The position numbers were made by a program, and so were the translations under genes. DNA of 64,000 nucleotides from Escherichia phage vB_EcoM-Sa45lw, in the sequence record MK977694.1, one strand, 5' to 3'. Positions within the stretch are counted from its first letter, which is position 1. Each line of letters starts with the position of its first letter. Below, piece after piece: positions 12,235-23,423 of this stretch. The notes beneath the pieces were generated by a model. That model saw only the letters and a list, made by a program, of their open reading frames with translations, ran no database searches and was not told the DNA's origin.

Positions 12235-12915
12235 TTATTTTAATGTTACGAAAGAAGAATTGCGTGTTTCACGAATTAAAACTGATCCGTCGCGATTAAT
12301 GTAATAAATTAAGCTAAACAAAGTTTGGTGTGCTGACGCGTGCTCAAAACTAGTTGGATGAGATTTCCAATCAGGAGTTTCAGCGATCCATTGATAAATC
12401 CACCAAGGAACCGTACAGAATCCTGGATTTTTCCCCAATAATTGAAGATTCGGGCTAAAGTTTTCCGGAAGAGTAAATACAGACGGCTTTTCATATTCAA
12501 TAATCTCAGCTACAGCTTGTTCGAATTTTTCTTCAACAAAAGGAGTATCTTCAATCAAAACATCAGTATTTTCAGGAATTTTATCCGTTTCTACCACTTC
12601 AATTTTAATATCAGATTTAACTGGAGAATCAATCAGAAGTGCTGCTTCTGGATTAACTTCTTCATCGTCATATTTTAATCCCTCTGCAGCATCAGCAGCA
12701 TCAATTAAGTCTTTAATAGATAACCCATCAGTCTCTGGCATAGGTTCACTAGCGAGCTTCTGGAGGGCTTCTTCAATATCAGCAACGATATTATCAAAAG
12801 ATTTATTCTTTTTGACCTTTATACCAAACTGTTCAGCATATTCAGCTAATTTAGCTTTAGCTTCTTTATTATCATCAAGAGCCTTCAGCTCTGCAATATA
12901 ATCTTTATCTATCAT
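12235..12915 (-). CDS. inh: Inh, inhibitor of the prohead protease
   Basis: 226 aa, T4 Inh length; position upstream of hoc. Confidence 0.82.
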   Translation of the reverse strand: MIDKDYIAELKALDDNKEAKAKLAEYAEQFGIKVKKNKSFDNIVADIEEALQKLASEPMPETDGLSIKDLIDAADAAEGLKYDDEEVNPEAALLIDSPVKSDIKIEVVETDKIPENTDVLIEDTPFVEEKFEQAVAEIIEYEKPSVFTLPENFSPNLQLLGKNPGFCTVPWWIYQWIAETPDWKSHPTSFEHASAHQTLFSLIYYINRDGSVLIRETRNSSFVTLK

Positions 12916-12928
12916 AATATTTCCTCAG

Positions 12929-12936
12929 TATAAATA
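12929..12936 (+). promoter_or_regulatory. T4-type late promoter upstream of uvsW
   Basis: TATAAATA 30 bp upstream of the uvsW ATG in the inh/uvsW divergent intergenic region. Confidence 0.5.
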
Positions 12937-12965
12937 TAGATATATTTATTACATGGTATTTAGAC

Positions 12966-14477
12966 ATGACTGACATTAAAGTACATTTTTATGATTTTAG
13001 TCACGTGAGAATTGATTGTGAAGAAAGTACATTTCATGAACTCCGTGATTTCTTTAGCTTTGAAGCTGATGGGTATCGTTTTAATCCGAAATACAAATAT
13101 GGCCACTGGGATGGACGAATCCGTCTTTTAGATTATAATCGTCTTCTTCCATTCGGCTTAGTCGGGCAAATTAAAAAGTTCTGTGATAACTTTGGCTATA
13201 AAGCCTGGATTGACCCACAAATTAACGAAAAAGAAGAATTATCAAGAAAAGATTTTGATGAATGGCTTTCTAAATTAGAAATCTATTCAGGAAATAAAAG
13301 AATTGAACCACACTGGTATCAAAAAGATGCAGTGTTCGAAGGATTAGTTAATCGTCGTAGAATTCTTAATCTTCCAACATCCGCTGGTAAATCGTTAATT
13401 CAAGCTTTACTCGCTCGGTATTATTTGGAAAATTACGAAGGTAAAATTCTTATCATTGTTCCAACAACTGCTCTAACAACTCAGATGGCTGATGACTTCG
13501 TTGACTATCGTTTATTCAGTCATGCAATGATAAAGAAAATTGGTGGCGGAGCATCAAAAGATGATAAATATAAAAATGACGCACCAGTCGTTGTTGGTAC
13601 ATGGCAAACTGTAGTTAAACAACCGAAAGAATGGTTCTCACAGTTTGGAATGATGATGAATGATGAATGCCATCTTGCTACAGGAAAAAGTATTTCATCT
13701 ATCATATCAGGTTTAAATAACTGTATGTTTAAATTTGGTCTATCAGGTTCATTACGTGATGGCAAAGCCAATATCATGCAGTATGTTGGAATGTTCGGTG
13801 AAATATTTAAGCCAGTAACGACTTCTAAATTAATGGAAGATGGACAAGTAACTGAGCTAAAAATTAATAGTATTTTTCTTCGCTATCCCGATGAGTTCAC
13901 TACTAAATTAAAGGGAAAAACTTATCAAGAAGAAATAAAAATTATTACTGGGCTTAGTAAAAGAAATAAATGGATCGCTAAATTAGCTATTAAGCTTGCG
14001 CAAAAAGATGAAAACGCTTTTGTCATGTTTAAACATGTATCACATGGTAAAGCTATTTTCGATTTAATTAAAAATGAATACGATAAAGTTTATTACGTAT
14101 CAGGGGAAGTTGATACCGAAACCCGCAATATAATGAAAACCTTAGCTGAAAATGGTAAAGGAATAATTATAGTAGCTAGTTATGGTGTATTTTCTACTGG
14201 TATTTCAGTTAAAAATCTGCACCACGTTGTTTTAGCACACGGTGTTAAATCAAAAATCATTGTATTACAAACAATCGGTCGTGTATTACGTAAGCATGGT
14301 TCTAAGACAATAGCAACAGTCTGGGACCTCATAGATGATTGTGGTGTTAAGCCAAAATCTGCTAATACGAAAAAGAAATATGTTCATTTGAACTATCTTT
14401 TAAAACACGGCATTGATCGTATTCAGCGCTACGCAGATGAAAAATTTAATTACGTAATGAAAACAGTTAATTTATAA
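12966..14477 (+). CDS. uvsW: UvsW helicase (SF2 ATPase)
   Basis: 503 aa; Walker A in LPTSAGKS, DECH box in MNDECHLA. Confidence 0.95.
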   Translation: MTDIKVHFYDFSHVRIDCEESTFHELRDFFSFEADGYRFNPKYKYGHWDGRIRLLDYNRLLPFGLVGQIKKFCDNFGYKAWIDPQINEKEELSRKDFDEWLSKLEIYSGNKRIEPHWYQKDAVFEGLVNRRRILNLPTSAGKSLIQALLARYYLENYEGKILIIVPTTALTTQMADDFVDYRLFSHAMIKKIGGGASKDDKYKNDAPVVVGTWQTVVKQPKEWFSQFGMMMNDECHLATGKSISSIISGLNNCMFKFGLSGSLRDGKANIMQYVGMFGEIFKPVTTSKLMEDGQVTELKINSIFLRYPDEFTTKLKGKTYQEEIKIITGLSKRNKWIAKLAIKLAQKDENAFVMFKHVSHGKAIFDLIKNEYDKVYYVSGEVDTETRNIMKTLAENGKGIIIVASYGVFSTGISVKNLHHVVLAHGVKSKIIVLQTIGRVLRKHGSKTIATVWDLIDDCGVKPKSANTKKKYVHLNYLLKHGIDRIQRYADEKFNYVMKTVNL

Positions 14478-14490
14478 GGGCTTCGGCCCT

Positions 14491-14736
14491 TTGGAGAAAA
14501 AGATGTTACTAGAATTTAAACAATTTCTTTATGAAGCTTCTATTGATGAATTTATGGGTAAAATTGCCTCTTGCCAAACGATAGAAGGTTTAGAAGAACT
14601 TGAAGCTTATTATAAGAAAAGAGTTAAAGAAACTGAATTAAAAGATACTGATGACATCTCAGTCAGAGATGCTTTGGCAGGAAAAAGAGCTGAATTAGAA
14701 GATTCAGACGATGATGAAGTAGAAGAAAGCTTTTAA
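14491..14736 (+). CDS. uvsW.1: UvsW.1 small acidic protein
   Basis: 81-aa ORF directly after uvsW, SD GGAG abutting a UUCG hairpin. Confidence 0.8.
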   Translation: MEKKMLLEFKQFLYEASIDEFMGKIASCQTIEGLEELEAYYKKRVKETELKDTDDISVRDALAGKRAELEDSDDDEVEESF

Positions 14737-14791
14737 ATTAAAAAAGGCCCAACCAAAAAGGAAGGGCCAAAACTATAGACTAAAGGTCACA

Positions 14792-14959
14792 CTATAGCAA
14801 AAGTTGTGTTTCATTTAATTGTTCTTCCGAACTTTCTGAAACTGGTAGTTCTTTAATGTAATTATAGCAAGGCCCAGGATGTACAGGACCTTTGTCTGTT
14901 TCAACAACCAATGCAGAATCGATTGGAGTTTTACAGACAACACAAATCTTATCTGACAT
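14792..14959 (-). CDS. Small Cys-containing protein (T4 uvsY.-2-like); not in the supplied ORF track
   Basis: 55 codons translated by hand: MSDKICVVCKTPIDSALVVETDKGPVHPGPCYNY..., strong SD GAGGAGA 6 nt upstream of the ATG. Confidence 0.55.
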   Translation of the reverse strand: MSDKICVVCKTPIDSALVVETDKGPVHPGPCYNYIKELPVSESSEEQLNETQLLL

Positions 14960-15082
14960 GATTGTCTCCTCTGAATTATATATCTATTTATAACCCCATC
15001 TTAAAGCGCATTTCTTGTACACGCTTTAAACATGCTTCCATTTCTGCTAAAAGTCTAAATACTTCTTTATAATTTGTCATAT

Positions 15083-15310
15083 TTACCCCATATCTCTCAT
15101 ATGCATATCAATGCCCATATCTTTAGAATAAAAATATTCATCAAGATATCCGGCAAATTTTCCTTTAATATAAAGGACATCTTCACCACACGGGTGGTCG
15201 GCCAGGATACGAATATCCTGACGCTTAAGATTATGCTTTTTCATTAAGAATTGAATCTCAGTTTCAAATTCTTCTTCATAATTAAAAGCATCATCAATGT
15301 TATATCTCAT
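15083..15310 (-). CDS. Hypothetical protein (T4 uvsY.-1 position)
   Basis: 75-aa ORF overlapping the uvsY stop by one base. Confidence 0.7.
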   Translation of the reverse strand: MRYNIDDAFNYEEEFETEIQFLMKKHNLKRQDIRILADHPCGEDVLYIKGKFAGYLDEYFYSKDMGIDMHMRDMG

Positions 15311-15723
15311 TATTTTCCAGCCTCAAATGCCCGCATGTCTTGAATATGCTTAATAGCAAATCCACGTGATTTAATAGCATCAAGAGCTCCGCTACAGAAA
15401 TCCAATAAAATTCCCCAATATTGTAATGAAGTATCAACCTTTAAAACATCCTTATCAGCTGATAGAACTGTTTTCATTTCTGATTTCTCGTAACGATCCA
15501 TACTAAATTCATCACCATCTCCTCGTCCCGAGTAGTAGTCTAATTTAGCTTTAAGAGCAACTTTTTTCTGTGCTTCAATTCTAAGCATTTCCTTTTTAAT
15601 ACTTGAATGCTTATTAAGCCATTTACTATATAACATCACATTATTAGCTGCTTCATACTGTAATTTAGTCGAATCTATAAACACATCTTTCTTCAATTCT
15701 TCTTGAAGATCTTCTAATCTCAT
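15310..15723 (-). CDS. uvsY: UvsY recombination mediator
   Basis: 137 aa, T4 UvsY length; position. Confidence 0.93.
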   Translation of the reverse strand: MRLEDLQEELKKDVFIDSTKLQYEAANNVMLYSKWLNKHSSIKKEMLRIEAQKKVALKAKLDYYSGRGDGDEFSMDRYEKSEMKTVLSADKDVLKVDTSLQYWGILLDFCSGALDAIKSRGFAIKHIQDMRAFEAGK

Positions 15724-15789
15724 ATTGTTCTCTATTCAATTGTTATTGGATGGACTTAGATTCATTATACCACGTTTATACGTGAAGCA

Positions 15790-16188
15790 TTATACTCTAT
15801 TACTGGAAGCCAGTTGTAGTTTTATCTGCTCAATATCATCAGGGTTATCGATGACTGAAAAGCGTATTTCTACTATCAAAGTATAATCATCATAAACCGG
15901 TATTACATTAACTGCTAATTTATCAATACGTGGCTCATAGTTTCTTACTGCGCTTTCGATATTACGCTCAACCGTGTCAGCAGTAAGAGGAGTCATATTC
16001 TCAAAAAGTTGGTCAGATAAATCGCATCCAAATTCAGGGTCAAACGGTCTTGAACCTTTTCTTGTTGTAATAATTCCTAAAAGACTATTTTTAATTGACC
16101 TTAATCCAAGTGATCTTGAAACGTCTTTGTTCCAATCCATTTTCATCTCTGGGTCAATATCAGAATAAAGCTTATTAATATTTGCCAT
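15790..16188 (-). CDS. 25: Baseplate wedge protein gp25
   Basis: 132 aa, T4 gp25 length; N-terminus [14 protein letters not shown]. Confidence 0.93.
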   Translation of the reverse strand: MANINKLYSDIDPEMKMDWNKDVSRSLGLRSIKNSLLGIITTRKGSRPFDPEFGCDLSDQLFENMTPLTADTVERNIESAVRNYEPRIDKLAVNVIPVYDDYTLIVEIRFSVIDNPDDIEQIKLQLASSNRV

Positions 16189-16814
16189 TACAATAGCTCA
16201 AAGAATTCTTTGAGTCCTCTTATTACATGAGCGTGGGTTTTTCCACACTCTGGACATTTAATTGGAACAGCCAAATAAACAGTAGGCTTTAAAAGCATAT
16301 CTTTTATAGCTACAATATCTGACTCTGTGATGATAGAATATAAATCTTCCAATTCTTTTTCATTTAAGTCTTCAACTGGAATGCTTTCACCGTTAGCATG
16401 AATCGTTTCTATACATGATACTATCATGTGGGCTATATTTTTATCATCAAAAATTTTAGGGTAATGGAATTTAATTTTAATGTCACCCAGTGTATACCAG
16501 AGGTCTTCTGGTGCATCTATTTGTGTATGTAATAGATTTATATGGGTTGGTATTTCAGTTCCACAGGTGCACTTCCAGGAGTTTTCGTGATTAACTTCTC
16601 CAAGAGAATGCGCCCATAAATGAATCAGTAATAGTTCTGATTCTTGGCGGTTTAAATCTTTTGCATTTGTGCAGTCTTTGATTAGCTTTTTAACAATTAC
16701 TTCTACGGAACCATTATTTTTGGCAGTAATAAGTTCTAGATATTCTTTAAGAGTAAATGCACGACAGTTGATTATTTTAGAACCAACTCTCACGTCAAAT
16801 TTGTATTCATACAT
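16188..16814 (-). CDS. 26: Baseplate hub protein gp26
   Basis: 208 aa, T4 gp26 length; divergent from gene 51. Confidence 0.9.
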   Translation of the reverse strand: MYEYKFDVRVGSKIINCRAFTLKEYLELITAKNNGSVEVIVKKLIKDCTNAKDLNRQESELLLIHLWAHSLGEVNHENSWKCTCGTEIPTHINLLHTQIDAPEDLWYTLGDIKIKFHYPKIFDDKNIAHMIVSCIETIHANGESIPVEDLNEKELEDLYSIITESDIVAIKDMLLKPTVYLAVPIKCPECGKTHAHVIRGLKEFFELL

Positions 16815-16835
16815 ATTTAGCTCCTTTATTTATCA

Positions 16836-16847
16836 TATTTATAAATA
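16836..16847. promoter_or_regulatory. Overlapping divergent late promoters for genes 26 (minus) and 51 (plus)
   Basis: ATATTTATAAATAG contains TATAAATA on the plus strand (16840-16847) and on the minus strand (complement of 16836-16843). Confidence 0.6.
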
Positions 16848-16864
16848 GAATAAAAGGAGCATCT

Positions 16865-17614
16865 ATGGCAAACATTATTCGTTGTAAATTACCTGATGGT
16901 GTTCATCGTTTTAAACCATTTACGGTAGAAGATTATCGAGATTTTTTGTTAGTTCGAAACGATATAGAACATCGGTCATCACAAGAACAAAAAGAAGTAA
17001 TTGCTGATTTAATTGCTGATTATTTTGGAGACTATCCAAAGACTTGGCAACCATTTATATTTTTGCAGGTATTTGTAGGTTCAATAGGTAAAACTAAAGT
17101 ACCAGTCACATTCATATGTCCAAAATGTAAAAAAGAAAAGACAGTTCCATTTGAAATATATCAAAAAGAATTAAAGGAACCTATTTTTGATGTAGCTAAT
17201 GTTAAAATTAAATTAAATTTTCCTTCTGAGTTTTATGAAAATAAAGCAAAGATGATTACTGAAAATATTCATTCTGTTCAAGTAGATGAAATGTGGTATG
17301 ATTGGAAGGAAATTAGTGAATCAAGTCAAATAGAACTTGTTGACGCCATCGAGATAGAAACATTAGAAAAAATTCTCGATGCAATGAATCCTATTAATTT
17401 AACATTGCACATGTCGTGTTGTGATAAGTACATTAAAAAATACACTGATATAGTAGATGTGTTTAAGCTATTAGTTAATCCAGATGAGATATTTACTTTT
17501 TATCAAATTAATCACACGCTTGTAAAAAGTAATTATAGCTTAAATTCAATAATGAAAATGATTCCTGCCGAGCGCGGATTCGTATTAAAACTGATTGAGA
17601 AGGATAAACAATAA
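16865..17614 (+). CDS. 51: Baseplate hub assembly protein gp51
   Basis: 249 aa, T4 gp51 length; Cys pairs CPKC and CCDKY. Confidence 0.9.
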   Translation: MANIIRCKLPDGVHRFKPFTVEDYRDFLLVRNDIEHRSSQEQKEVIADLIADYFGDYPKTWQPFIFLQVFVGSIGKTKVPVTFICPKCKKEKTVPFEIYQKELKEPIFDVANVKIKLNFPSEFYENKAKMITENIHSVQVDEMWYDWKEISESSQIELVDAIEIETLEKILDAMNPINLTLHMSCCDKYIKKYTDIVDVFKLLVNPDEIFTFYQINHTLVKSNYSLNSIMKMIPAERGFVLKLIEKDKQ

Positions 17615-18786
17615 TGAGTATGTTGCAACGCCCCGGATATCCAAATCTCAGCGTTAAATTATTTGAGAGTTATGACGCTTGGAGTAATAATAGATTTGTT
17701 GAATTAGCTGCTACTATTACCACATTAACTATGCGTGACTCTCTTTATGGTCGAAATGAAGGAATGCTACAATTTTATGATTCTAAAAACATTCATACAA
17801 AAATGGATGGAAATGAAATAATTCAGATTTCTGTAGCTAATGCAAACGATATTAATAATGTTAAAACACGAATTTATGGATGCAAGCATTTTTCCGTGTC
17901 AGTAGATTCAAAAGGCGATAACATCATTGCTATTGAATTGGGAACTATTCATTCTATAGAAAATCTTAAATTTGGTAGACCATTTTTCCCTGATGCCGGG
18001 GAATCTATAAAGGAAATGCTTGGTGTCATTTATCAAGACCGCACATTATTAACTCCAGCAATAAATGCTATAAATGCTTATGTTCCTGATATTCCATGGA
18101 CTAGCACATTTGAAAACTATTTGTCATATGTAAGAGAAGTTGCTCTAGCGGTAGGAAGCGATAAGTTCGTATTTGTATGGCAAGACATCATGGGAGTTAA
18201 CATGATGGACTATGATATGATGATAAATCAAGAACCATATCCAATGATTGTAGGTGAGCCAACTTTAATAGGTCAATTCGTCCAAGAATTGAAATATCCA
18301 TTAGCATATGATTTTGTTTGGTTGACTAAATCAAACCCGCATAAACGTGATCCAATGAAAAATGCTACTATCTATGCTCATTCATTTTTAGATTCTTCAT
18401 TACCAATGATTACTACAGGAAAGGGTGAAAACTCTATTGTAGTGTCAAGGTCAGGTGCTTATTCTGAAATGACTTATAGAAATGGATACGAAGAAGCTAT
18501 TCGTCTTCAGACTATGGCGCAGTATGATGGTTACGCTAAATGTTCTACTGTCGGTAATTTTAACTTGACTCCTGGCGTTAAAATTATTTTTAATGATAGT
18601 AAAAACCAATTTAAAACAGAATTTTACGTTGATGAAGTTATTCACGAATTATCAAATAATAATTCCGTAACTCATCTTTATATGTTCACTAATGCAACGA
18701 AACTGGAAACAATCGACCCAGTTAAGGTTAAAAATGAATTTAAAACTGATACTACCACTGAAGAAAGTAGTTCTTCCGATAAGTAA
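17614..18786 (+). CDS. 27: Baseplate hub protein gp27
   Basis: 390 aa (T4 391); ATGA-coupled to gene 51. Confidence 0.93.
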   Translation: MSMLQRPGYPNLSVKLFESYDAWSNNRFVELAATITTLTMRDSLYGRNEGMLQFYDSKNIHTKMDGNEIIQISVANANDINNVKTRIYGCKHFSVSVDSKGDNIIAIELGTIHSIENLKFGRPFFPDAGESIKEMLGVIYQDRTLLTPAINAINAYVPDIPWTSTFENYLSYVREVALAVGSDKFVFVWQDIMGVNMMDYDMMINQEPYPMIVGEPTLIGQFVQELKYPLAYDFVWLTKSNPHKRDPMKNATIYAHSFLDSSLPMITTGKGENSIVVSRSGAYSEMTYRNGYEEAIRLQTMAQYDGYAKCSTVGNFNLTPGVKIIFNDSKNQFKTEFYVDEVIHELSNNNSVTHLYMFTNATKLETIDPVKVKNEFKTDTTTEESSSSDK

Positions 18787-19267
18787 TAAAGAAGTTTCTA
18801 TTCCTAAGATGGGTCTTAAACATTATAACATTTTAAAAGATGTTAAAGGTCCTGATGAAAATTTAAAGCTTCTTATTGATTCTATTTGTCCGAATTTATC
18901 ACCAGCAGAAGTTGATTTCGTTTCTATTCATCTATTGGAATTTAATGGAAAGATTAAATCTCGTAAAGAAATAGATGGTTATACTTATGATATTAACGAC
19001 GTTTATGTATGCCAAAGATTGGAATTTCAATACCAAGGAAATACATTTTATTTTAGACCTCCTGGAAAATTTGAACAATTTTTAACTGTAAGCGATATGT
19101 TATCCAAATGCTTGCTTAAGGTCAATGATGAAGTTAAAGAAATTAATTTTCTTGAGATGCCAGCATTTGTTTTAAAATGGGCAAATGATATTTCTACAAC
19201 TTTAGCAATTCCTGGCCCTAATGGTCCAATAACCGGAATTGGCAATATTATTGGATTATTTGAATGA
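18734..19267 (+). CDS. 28: Baseplate hub distal subunit gp28
   Basis: ORF track starts at 18692; the ATG at 18734 gives 177 aa, the recalled T4 gp28 length. Start choice uncertain (alternative ATG at 18808). Confidence 0.8.
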   Translation: MNLKLILPLKKVVLPISNKEVSIPKMGLKHYNILKDVKGPDENLKLLIDSICPNLSPAEVDFVSIHLLEFNGKIKSRKEIDGYTYDINDVYVCQRLEFQYQGNTFYFRPPGKFEQFLTVSDMLSKCLLKVNDEVKEINFLEMPAFVLKWANDISTTLAIPGPNGPITGIGNIIGLFE

Positions 19268-21036
19268 AAAAGCCACAAGAAATGCAAACGATGCGTAGAA
19301 AAGTTATTTCAGATAATAAACCAACACAGGACGCGGCTAAATCCGCTTCTAATACTTTATCTGGTCTTAATGACATTTCTACAAAATTAGATGATGCTCA
19401 AGCTGCTTCTGAATTAATAGCTCAGACTGTTGAAGAAAAATCAAATGAAATAGTTGGAGCAATTGATAACGTTGAAAGCGCAGTAAGTGATACTACTGCC
19501 GGTTCTGAGTTAATTGCTGAAACTGTTGAAATTGGAAACAATATTAATAAAGAAATCGGTGAATCGCTCGGAAGCAAATTAGATAAATTAACAAGTTTAC
19601 TGGAACAAAAAATTCAGACAGCTGGAATTCAGCAAACTGGAACGAGTTTAGCAGTAGTCGAAAATGCTATTCCTGTTAAAGTCGTCGAGGATGATACAGC
19701 TGAATCTGTGGGTCCTTTATTACCGGCTCCTGAAGCAGTTAATAATGATCCTGATGCTGATTTTTTCCCTACTCCTCAGCCAATTGAACCAAAACAAGAG
19801 TCTCCAGAAGAGAAGCAAAAAAGAGACGCATTTAACTTAAAAATATCTAATGCATTAGATAAATTAACAAAGACAGTTGATTTCGGATTTAAGAAATCTA
19901 TTTCAATTACTGATAAAATATCTAGTATGCTATTTAAGTATACCGTCAGTGCTGCTATTGAAGCTGCTAAAATGGTTGCATTGATAATGGCTGTTGTTAT
20001 TGGAATAGACCTGCTGATGGTTCATTTTAAATACTGGTCAGATAAATTTTCAAAAGCCTGGGATTTATTTAGCACTGATTTTACTAAATTCTCTAGCGAA
20101 ACCGGAACATGGGGTCCTTTATTACAGAGCATCTTTGATTCTATTGATAAAATTAAACAACTTTGGGAAGCTGGAGATTGGGGCGGATTGACAGTAGCTA
20201 TTGTTGAAGGGCTTGGAAAGGTTCTTTATAATTTAGGAGAACTTATTCAATTAGGTATGGCTAAATTATCTGCGGCAATTCTTCGAGTTATTCCTGGTAT
20301 GAAAGATACCGCTGATGAAGTAGAAGGAAGAGCGCTGGAAAATTTCCAAAATACTACAAATGCTTCTCTTAGCAAAGAAGATCAAGAAAAAGTTGCAAAT
20401 TATCAATATAAAAGAATGAATGACGATCTTGGTCCAATAGCAAAAGGATTAGACAAAATTGCGAACTGGAAAACTCGTGCTTCTAACTGGATTCGTGGTG
20501 TTGATAATAAAGAAGCACTAACGACTGATGAAGAGAGAGCAGAGGAAGAAGAAAAATTAAAGCAACTTTCTCCGGAAGAAGCTAAAATTGCTTTAATGAA
20601 AGCTAATGAAGCTCGTGCTGCTATGAATCGTTTTGAGCAATATGCCGATTCAGCTGATATGAGTAAAGACTCAACAGTTAAATCAGTTGAATCTGCCTAT
20701 GAAGACCTTAAAAAACGGATGGATGACCCGGATTTAAATAATTCACCGGCAGTTAAAAAAGAACTTGCTGCTAGATTTTCTAAAATTGATGCTACTTATC
20801 AGGAGCTCAAGAAAAATCAGCCTAATGCCAAACCTGAAACTTCTGCTAAATCACCAGAAGCAAAACAGGTCCAGGTGATTGAAAAGAACAAAGCACAACA
20901 AGCTCCTGTTCAACAAGCATCTCCTTCAATCAATAATACTAATAATGTTATTAAGAAAAATACTGTCGTTCATAATATGACACCTGTCACAAGCACAACT
21001 GCTCCTGGTGTATTTGGTGCGACGGGAGTTAATTAA
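19264..21036 (+). CDS. 29: Baseplate hub and tail length determining protein gp29
   Basis: 590 aa, T4 gp29 length; long helical tape-measure-like composition. Confidence 0.93.
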   Translation: MKKPQEMQTMRRKVISDNKPTQDAAKSASNTLSGLNDISTKLDDAQAASELIAQTVEEKSNEIVGAIDNVESAVSDTTAGSELIAETVEIGNNINKEIGESLGSKLDKLTSLLEQKIQTAGIQQTGTSLAVVENAIPVKVVEDDTAESVGPLLPAPEAVNNDPDADFFPTPQPIEPKQESPEEKQKRDAFNLKISNALDKLTKTVDFGFKKSISITDKISSMLFKYTVSAAIEAAKMVALIMAVVIGIDLLMVHFKYWSDKFSKAWDLFSTDFTKFSSETGTWGPLLQSIFDSIDKIKQLWEAGDWGGLTVAIVEGLGKVLYNLGELIQLGMAKLSAAILRVIPGMKDTADEVEGRALENFQNTTNASLSKEDQEKVANYQYKRMNDDLGPIAKGLDKIANWKTRASNWIRGVDNKEALTTDEERAEEEEKLKQLSPEEAKIALMKANEARAAMNRFEQYADSADMSKDSTVKSVESAYEDLKKRMDDPDLNNSPAVKKELAARFSKIDATYQELKKNQPNAKPETSAKSPEAKQVQVIEKNKAQQAPVQQASPSINNTNNVIKKNTVVHNMTPVTSTTAPGVFGATGVN

Positions 21037-21044
21037 GGAATAAT

Positions 21045-22139
21045 ATGGCAATTGTTAAAGAAATAACTGCTGATTTAATTAAAAAGTCCGGTGAAACAAT
21101 TTCAGCCGGACAGAGTACTAAATCAGAAGTAGGAACTAAAACATACACAGCCCAGTTTCCAACTGGGCGTGCTAGTGGTAATGACACTACAGGGGACTTC
21201 CAGGTAACAGATCTATATAAGAATGGATTATTATTTACTGCATACAATATGTCATCTAGGGATTCTGGAAGTCTTAGAACGATGAGATCTAACTACTCTT
21301 CTTCATCTTCGAGTATTTTACGTACAGCCAGAAACACTATTAGTAGTACAGTATCAAAACTATCAAATGGATTAATATCAGATAATAATTCAGGAACAAT
21401 AAGTAAAGTTCCTGTTGCAAATATTCTTTTACCGAGATCTAAATCCGATGTTGATACATCATCACATAGATTTAACGATGTTCAAGATAGTCTTATTACA
21501 AAAGGTGGAGGTACTGCTACTGGCGTGTTAAGCAATATGGCTTCAACTGCAGTATTTGGAGCACTGGAAAGTATAACACAAGGTATAATGGCTGATAATA
21601 ATGAACAGATTTATACGACAGCCAGAAGTATGTATGGTGGTGCTGAGAATAGAACTAAAGTGTTCACTTGGGATTTGACTCCGCGTTCCACAGAAGATTT
21701 AATGGCTATTATTAATATCTATCAATATTTTAACTATTTTTCTTATGGTGAAACGGGTAAATCTCAATATGCTGCTGAAATAAAAGGATATCTAGATGAG
21801 TGGTATCGCTCTACTTTTATTGAGCCATTAACTCCAGAAGATGCAGTTAAAAATAAGACGTTATTTGAGAAAATGACATCGAGTTTAACTAACGTTCTTG
21901 TAGTTTCAAACCCGACAATTTGGATGGTTAAAAACTTTGGCGCAACTTCTAAATTTGACGGCAAAACAGAAGTGTTTGGACCGTGTCAAATTCAAAGTAT
22001 TAGATTTGATAAAACTCCGAATGGTAATTTTAACGGATTAGCTATTGCTCCTAACCTTCCAAGTTCTTTTACACTCGAGATTACTATGAGAGAGATTATT
22101 ACGTTAAACCGTGCTTCTTTATATACGGGGACTTTCTAA
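21045..22139 (+). CDS. 48: Baseplate tail tube cap gp48
   Basis: 364 aa, T4 gp48 length. Confidence 0.92.
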   Translation: MAIVKEITADLIKKSGETISAGQSTKSEVGTKTYTAQFPTGRASGNDTTGDFQVTDLYKNGLLFTAYNMSSRDSGSLRTMRSNYSSSSSSILRTARNTISSTVSKLSNGLISDNNSGTISKVPVANILLPRSKSDVDTSSHRFNDVQDSLITKGGGTATGVLSNMASTAVFGALESITQGIMADNNEQIYTTARSMYGGAENRTKVFTWDLTPRSTEDLMAIINIYQYFNYFSYGETGKSQYAAEIKGYLDEWYRSTFIEPLTPEDAVKNKTLFEKMTSSLTNVLVVSNPTIWMVKNFGATSKFDGKTEVFGPCQIQSIRFDKTPNGNFNGLAIAPNLPSSFTLEITMREIITLNRASLYTGTF

Positions 22140-23104
22140 TGTATTCTTTAGAGGAATTTAATAATCAAGCAATAAACGCAGACTTCCAACGTAATAATAT
22201 GTTCAGCTGTGTTTTTGCTACAACTCCATCAACTAAAAGCTCATCGTTAATAAGCTCAATTAGTAACTTTGCTTATAATAACTTGGGTCTAAATTCAGAT
22301 TGGTTGGGATTAACTCAAGGTGATATTAATCAGGGAATTACCACGCTAATTACCGCTGGCACACAAAAACTGATAAGAAAATCAGGGGTTAGTAAATATC
22401 TTATTGGTGCCATGAGTCAACGTACAGTTCAAAGTTTATTAGGCTCATTTACAGTTGGTACATATTTAATTGACTTCTTTAACATGGCATATAACTCATC
22501 TGGATTGATGATATATTCTGTAAAAATGCCAGAAAATAGATTATCCTATGAAACTGACTGGAACTATAATTCTCCTAATATTCGTATAACTGGAAGAGAA
22601 TTAGACCCTTTGGTTATTTCATTTAGAATGGATTCAGAAGCTTGTAACTATCGTGCAATGCAAGACTGGGTTAACGCCGTTCAAGACCCAGTAACTGGAT
22701 TGCGTGCTTTACCGCAAGATGTCGAGGCAGATATTCAGGTCAATCTTCATTCTCGCAATGGATTACCACATACTGCGGTGATGTTCACTGGCTGTATTCC
22801 AATATCTGTGAGTGCTCCTGAGTTATCATATGATGGAGATAACCAAATAACTACATTTGATGTTACTTTCGCTTATAGAGTCATGCAGGCTGGAGCAGTT
22901 GATAGACAAGCTGCCCTTGAATGGCTTGAATCTGCTACTATAAATGGTATTCAAAGCGTTCTCGGAAATAGTGGAGGTGTTACTGGACTATCTAATTCGC
23001 TTTCACGACTTAGTAGATTAGGGGGAACTGCAGGAAGCATTTCAAATATTAATACTATGACAGGAATTGTCAACTCGCAAAGTAAAATATTAGGAGCAAT
23101 ATAA
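22139..23104 (+). CDS. 54: Baseplate tail tube initiator gp54
   Basis: 321 aa (T4 320); ATGA-coupled to gene 48. Confidence 0.92.
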   Translation: MYSLEEFNNQAINADFQRNNMFSCVFATTPSTKSSSLISSISNFAYNNLGLNSDWLGLTQGDINQGITTLITAGTQKLIRKSGVSKYLIGAMSQRTVQSLLGSFTVGTYLIDFFNMAYNSSGLMIYSVKMPENRLSYETDWNYNSPNIRITGRELDPLVISFRMDSEACNYRAMQDWVNAVQDPVTGLRALPQDVEADIQVNLHSRNGLPHTAVMFTGCIPISVSAPELSYDGDNQITTFDVTFAYRVMQAGAVDRQAALEWLESATINGIQSVLGNSGGVTGLSNSLSRLSRLGGTAGSISNINTMTGIVNSQSKILGAI

Positions 23105-23108
23105 CAAT

Positions 23109-23139
23109 GGGGACCGAAAGGTCCCCATGTTTTTATTTA
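23109..23139. terminator. Bidirectional terminator between gene 54 and the convergent alt.-3-like ORF
   Basis: GGGGACC-GAAA-GGTCCCC hairpin followed by TTTTTATTT on the plus strand; A/T-run on the other side. Confidence 0.6.
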
Positions 23140-23423
23140 CGGAATGAAATAAAAGCAGCAACTGAAGCAACAGAGGTTTCTTCAATATAAACCTCAATTT
23201 TTACCGGAGCTTCTGACTCAAATTTACCTGTTACTACACCCTGAAAAATACTTTCAGTCTGTTCTGGCTTTGAAAAATTTTCAGAAGGAAAAATTCCAAA
23301 CTTTTTATCGGTTCCGAAAATTTTAATAAATTCATCGTAAACTGCTTCATTAAAAGCATTATCAGCAGGAATAACGCCTTCAACTACAAGTTCTTGACCT
23401 AAAAAGCGCAAAGAAGATTTCAT
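23133..23423 (-). CDS. Hypothetical protein (T4 alt.-3 position)
   Basis: 96-aa ORF with SD GAGGA that lies inside the 54-bp repeat/early promoter. Confidence 0.7.
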   Translation of the reverse strand: MKSSLRFLGQELVVEGVIPADNAFNEAVYDEFIKIFGTDKKFGIFPSENFSKPEQTESIFQGVVTGKFESEAPVKIEVYIEETSVASVAAFISFRK

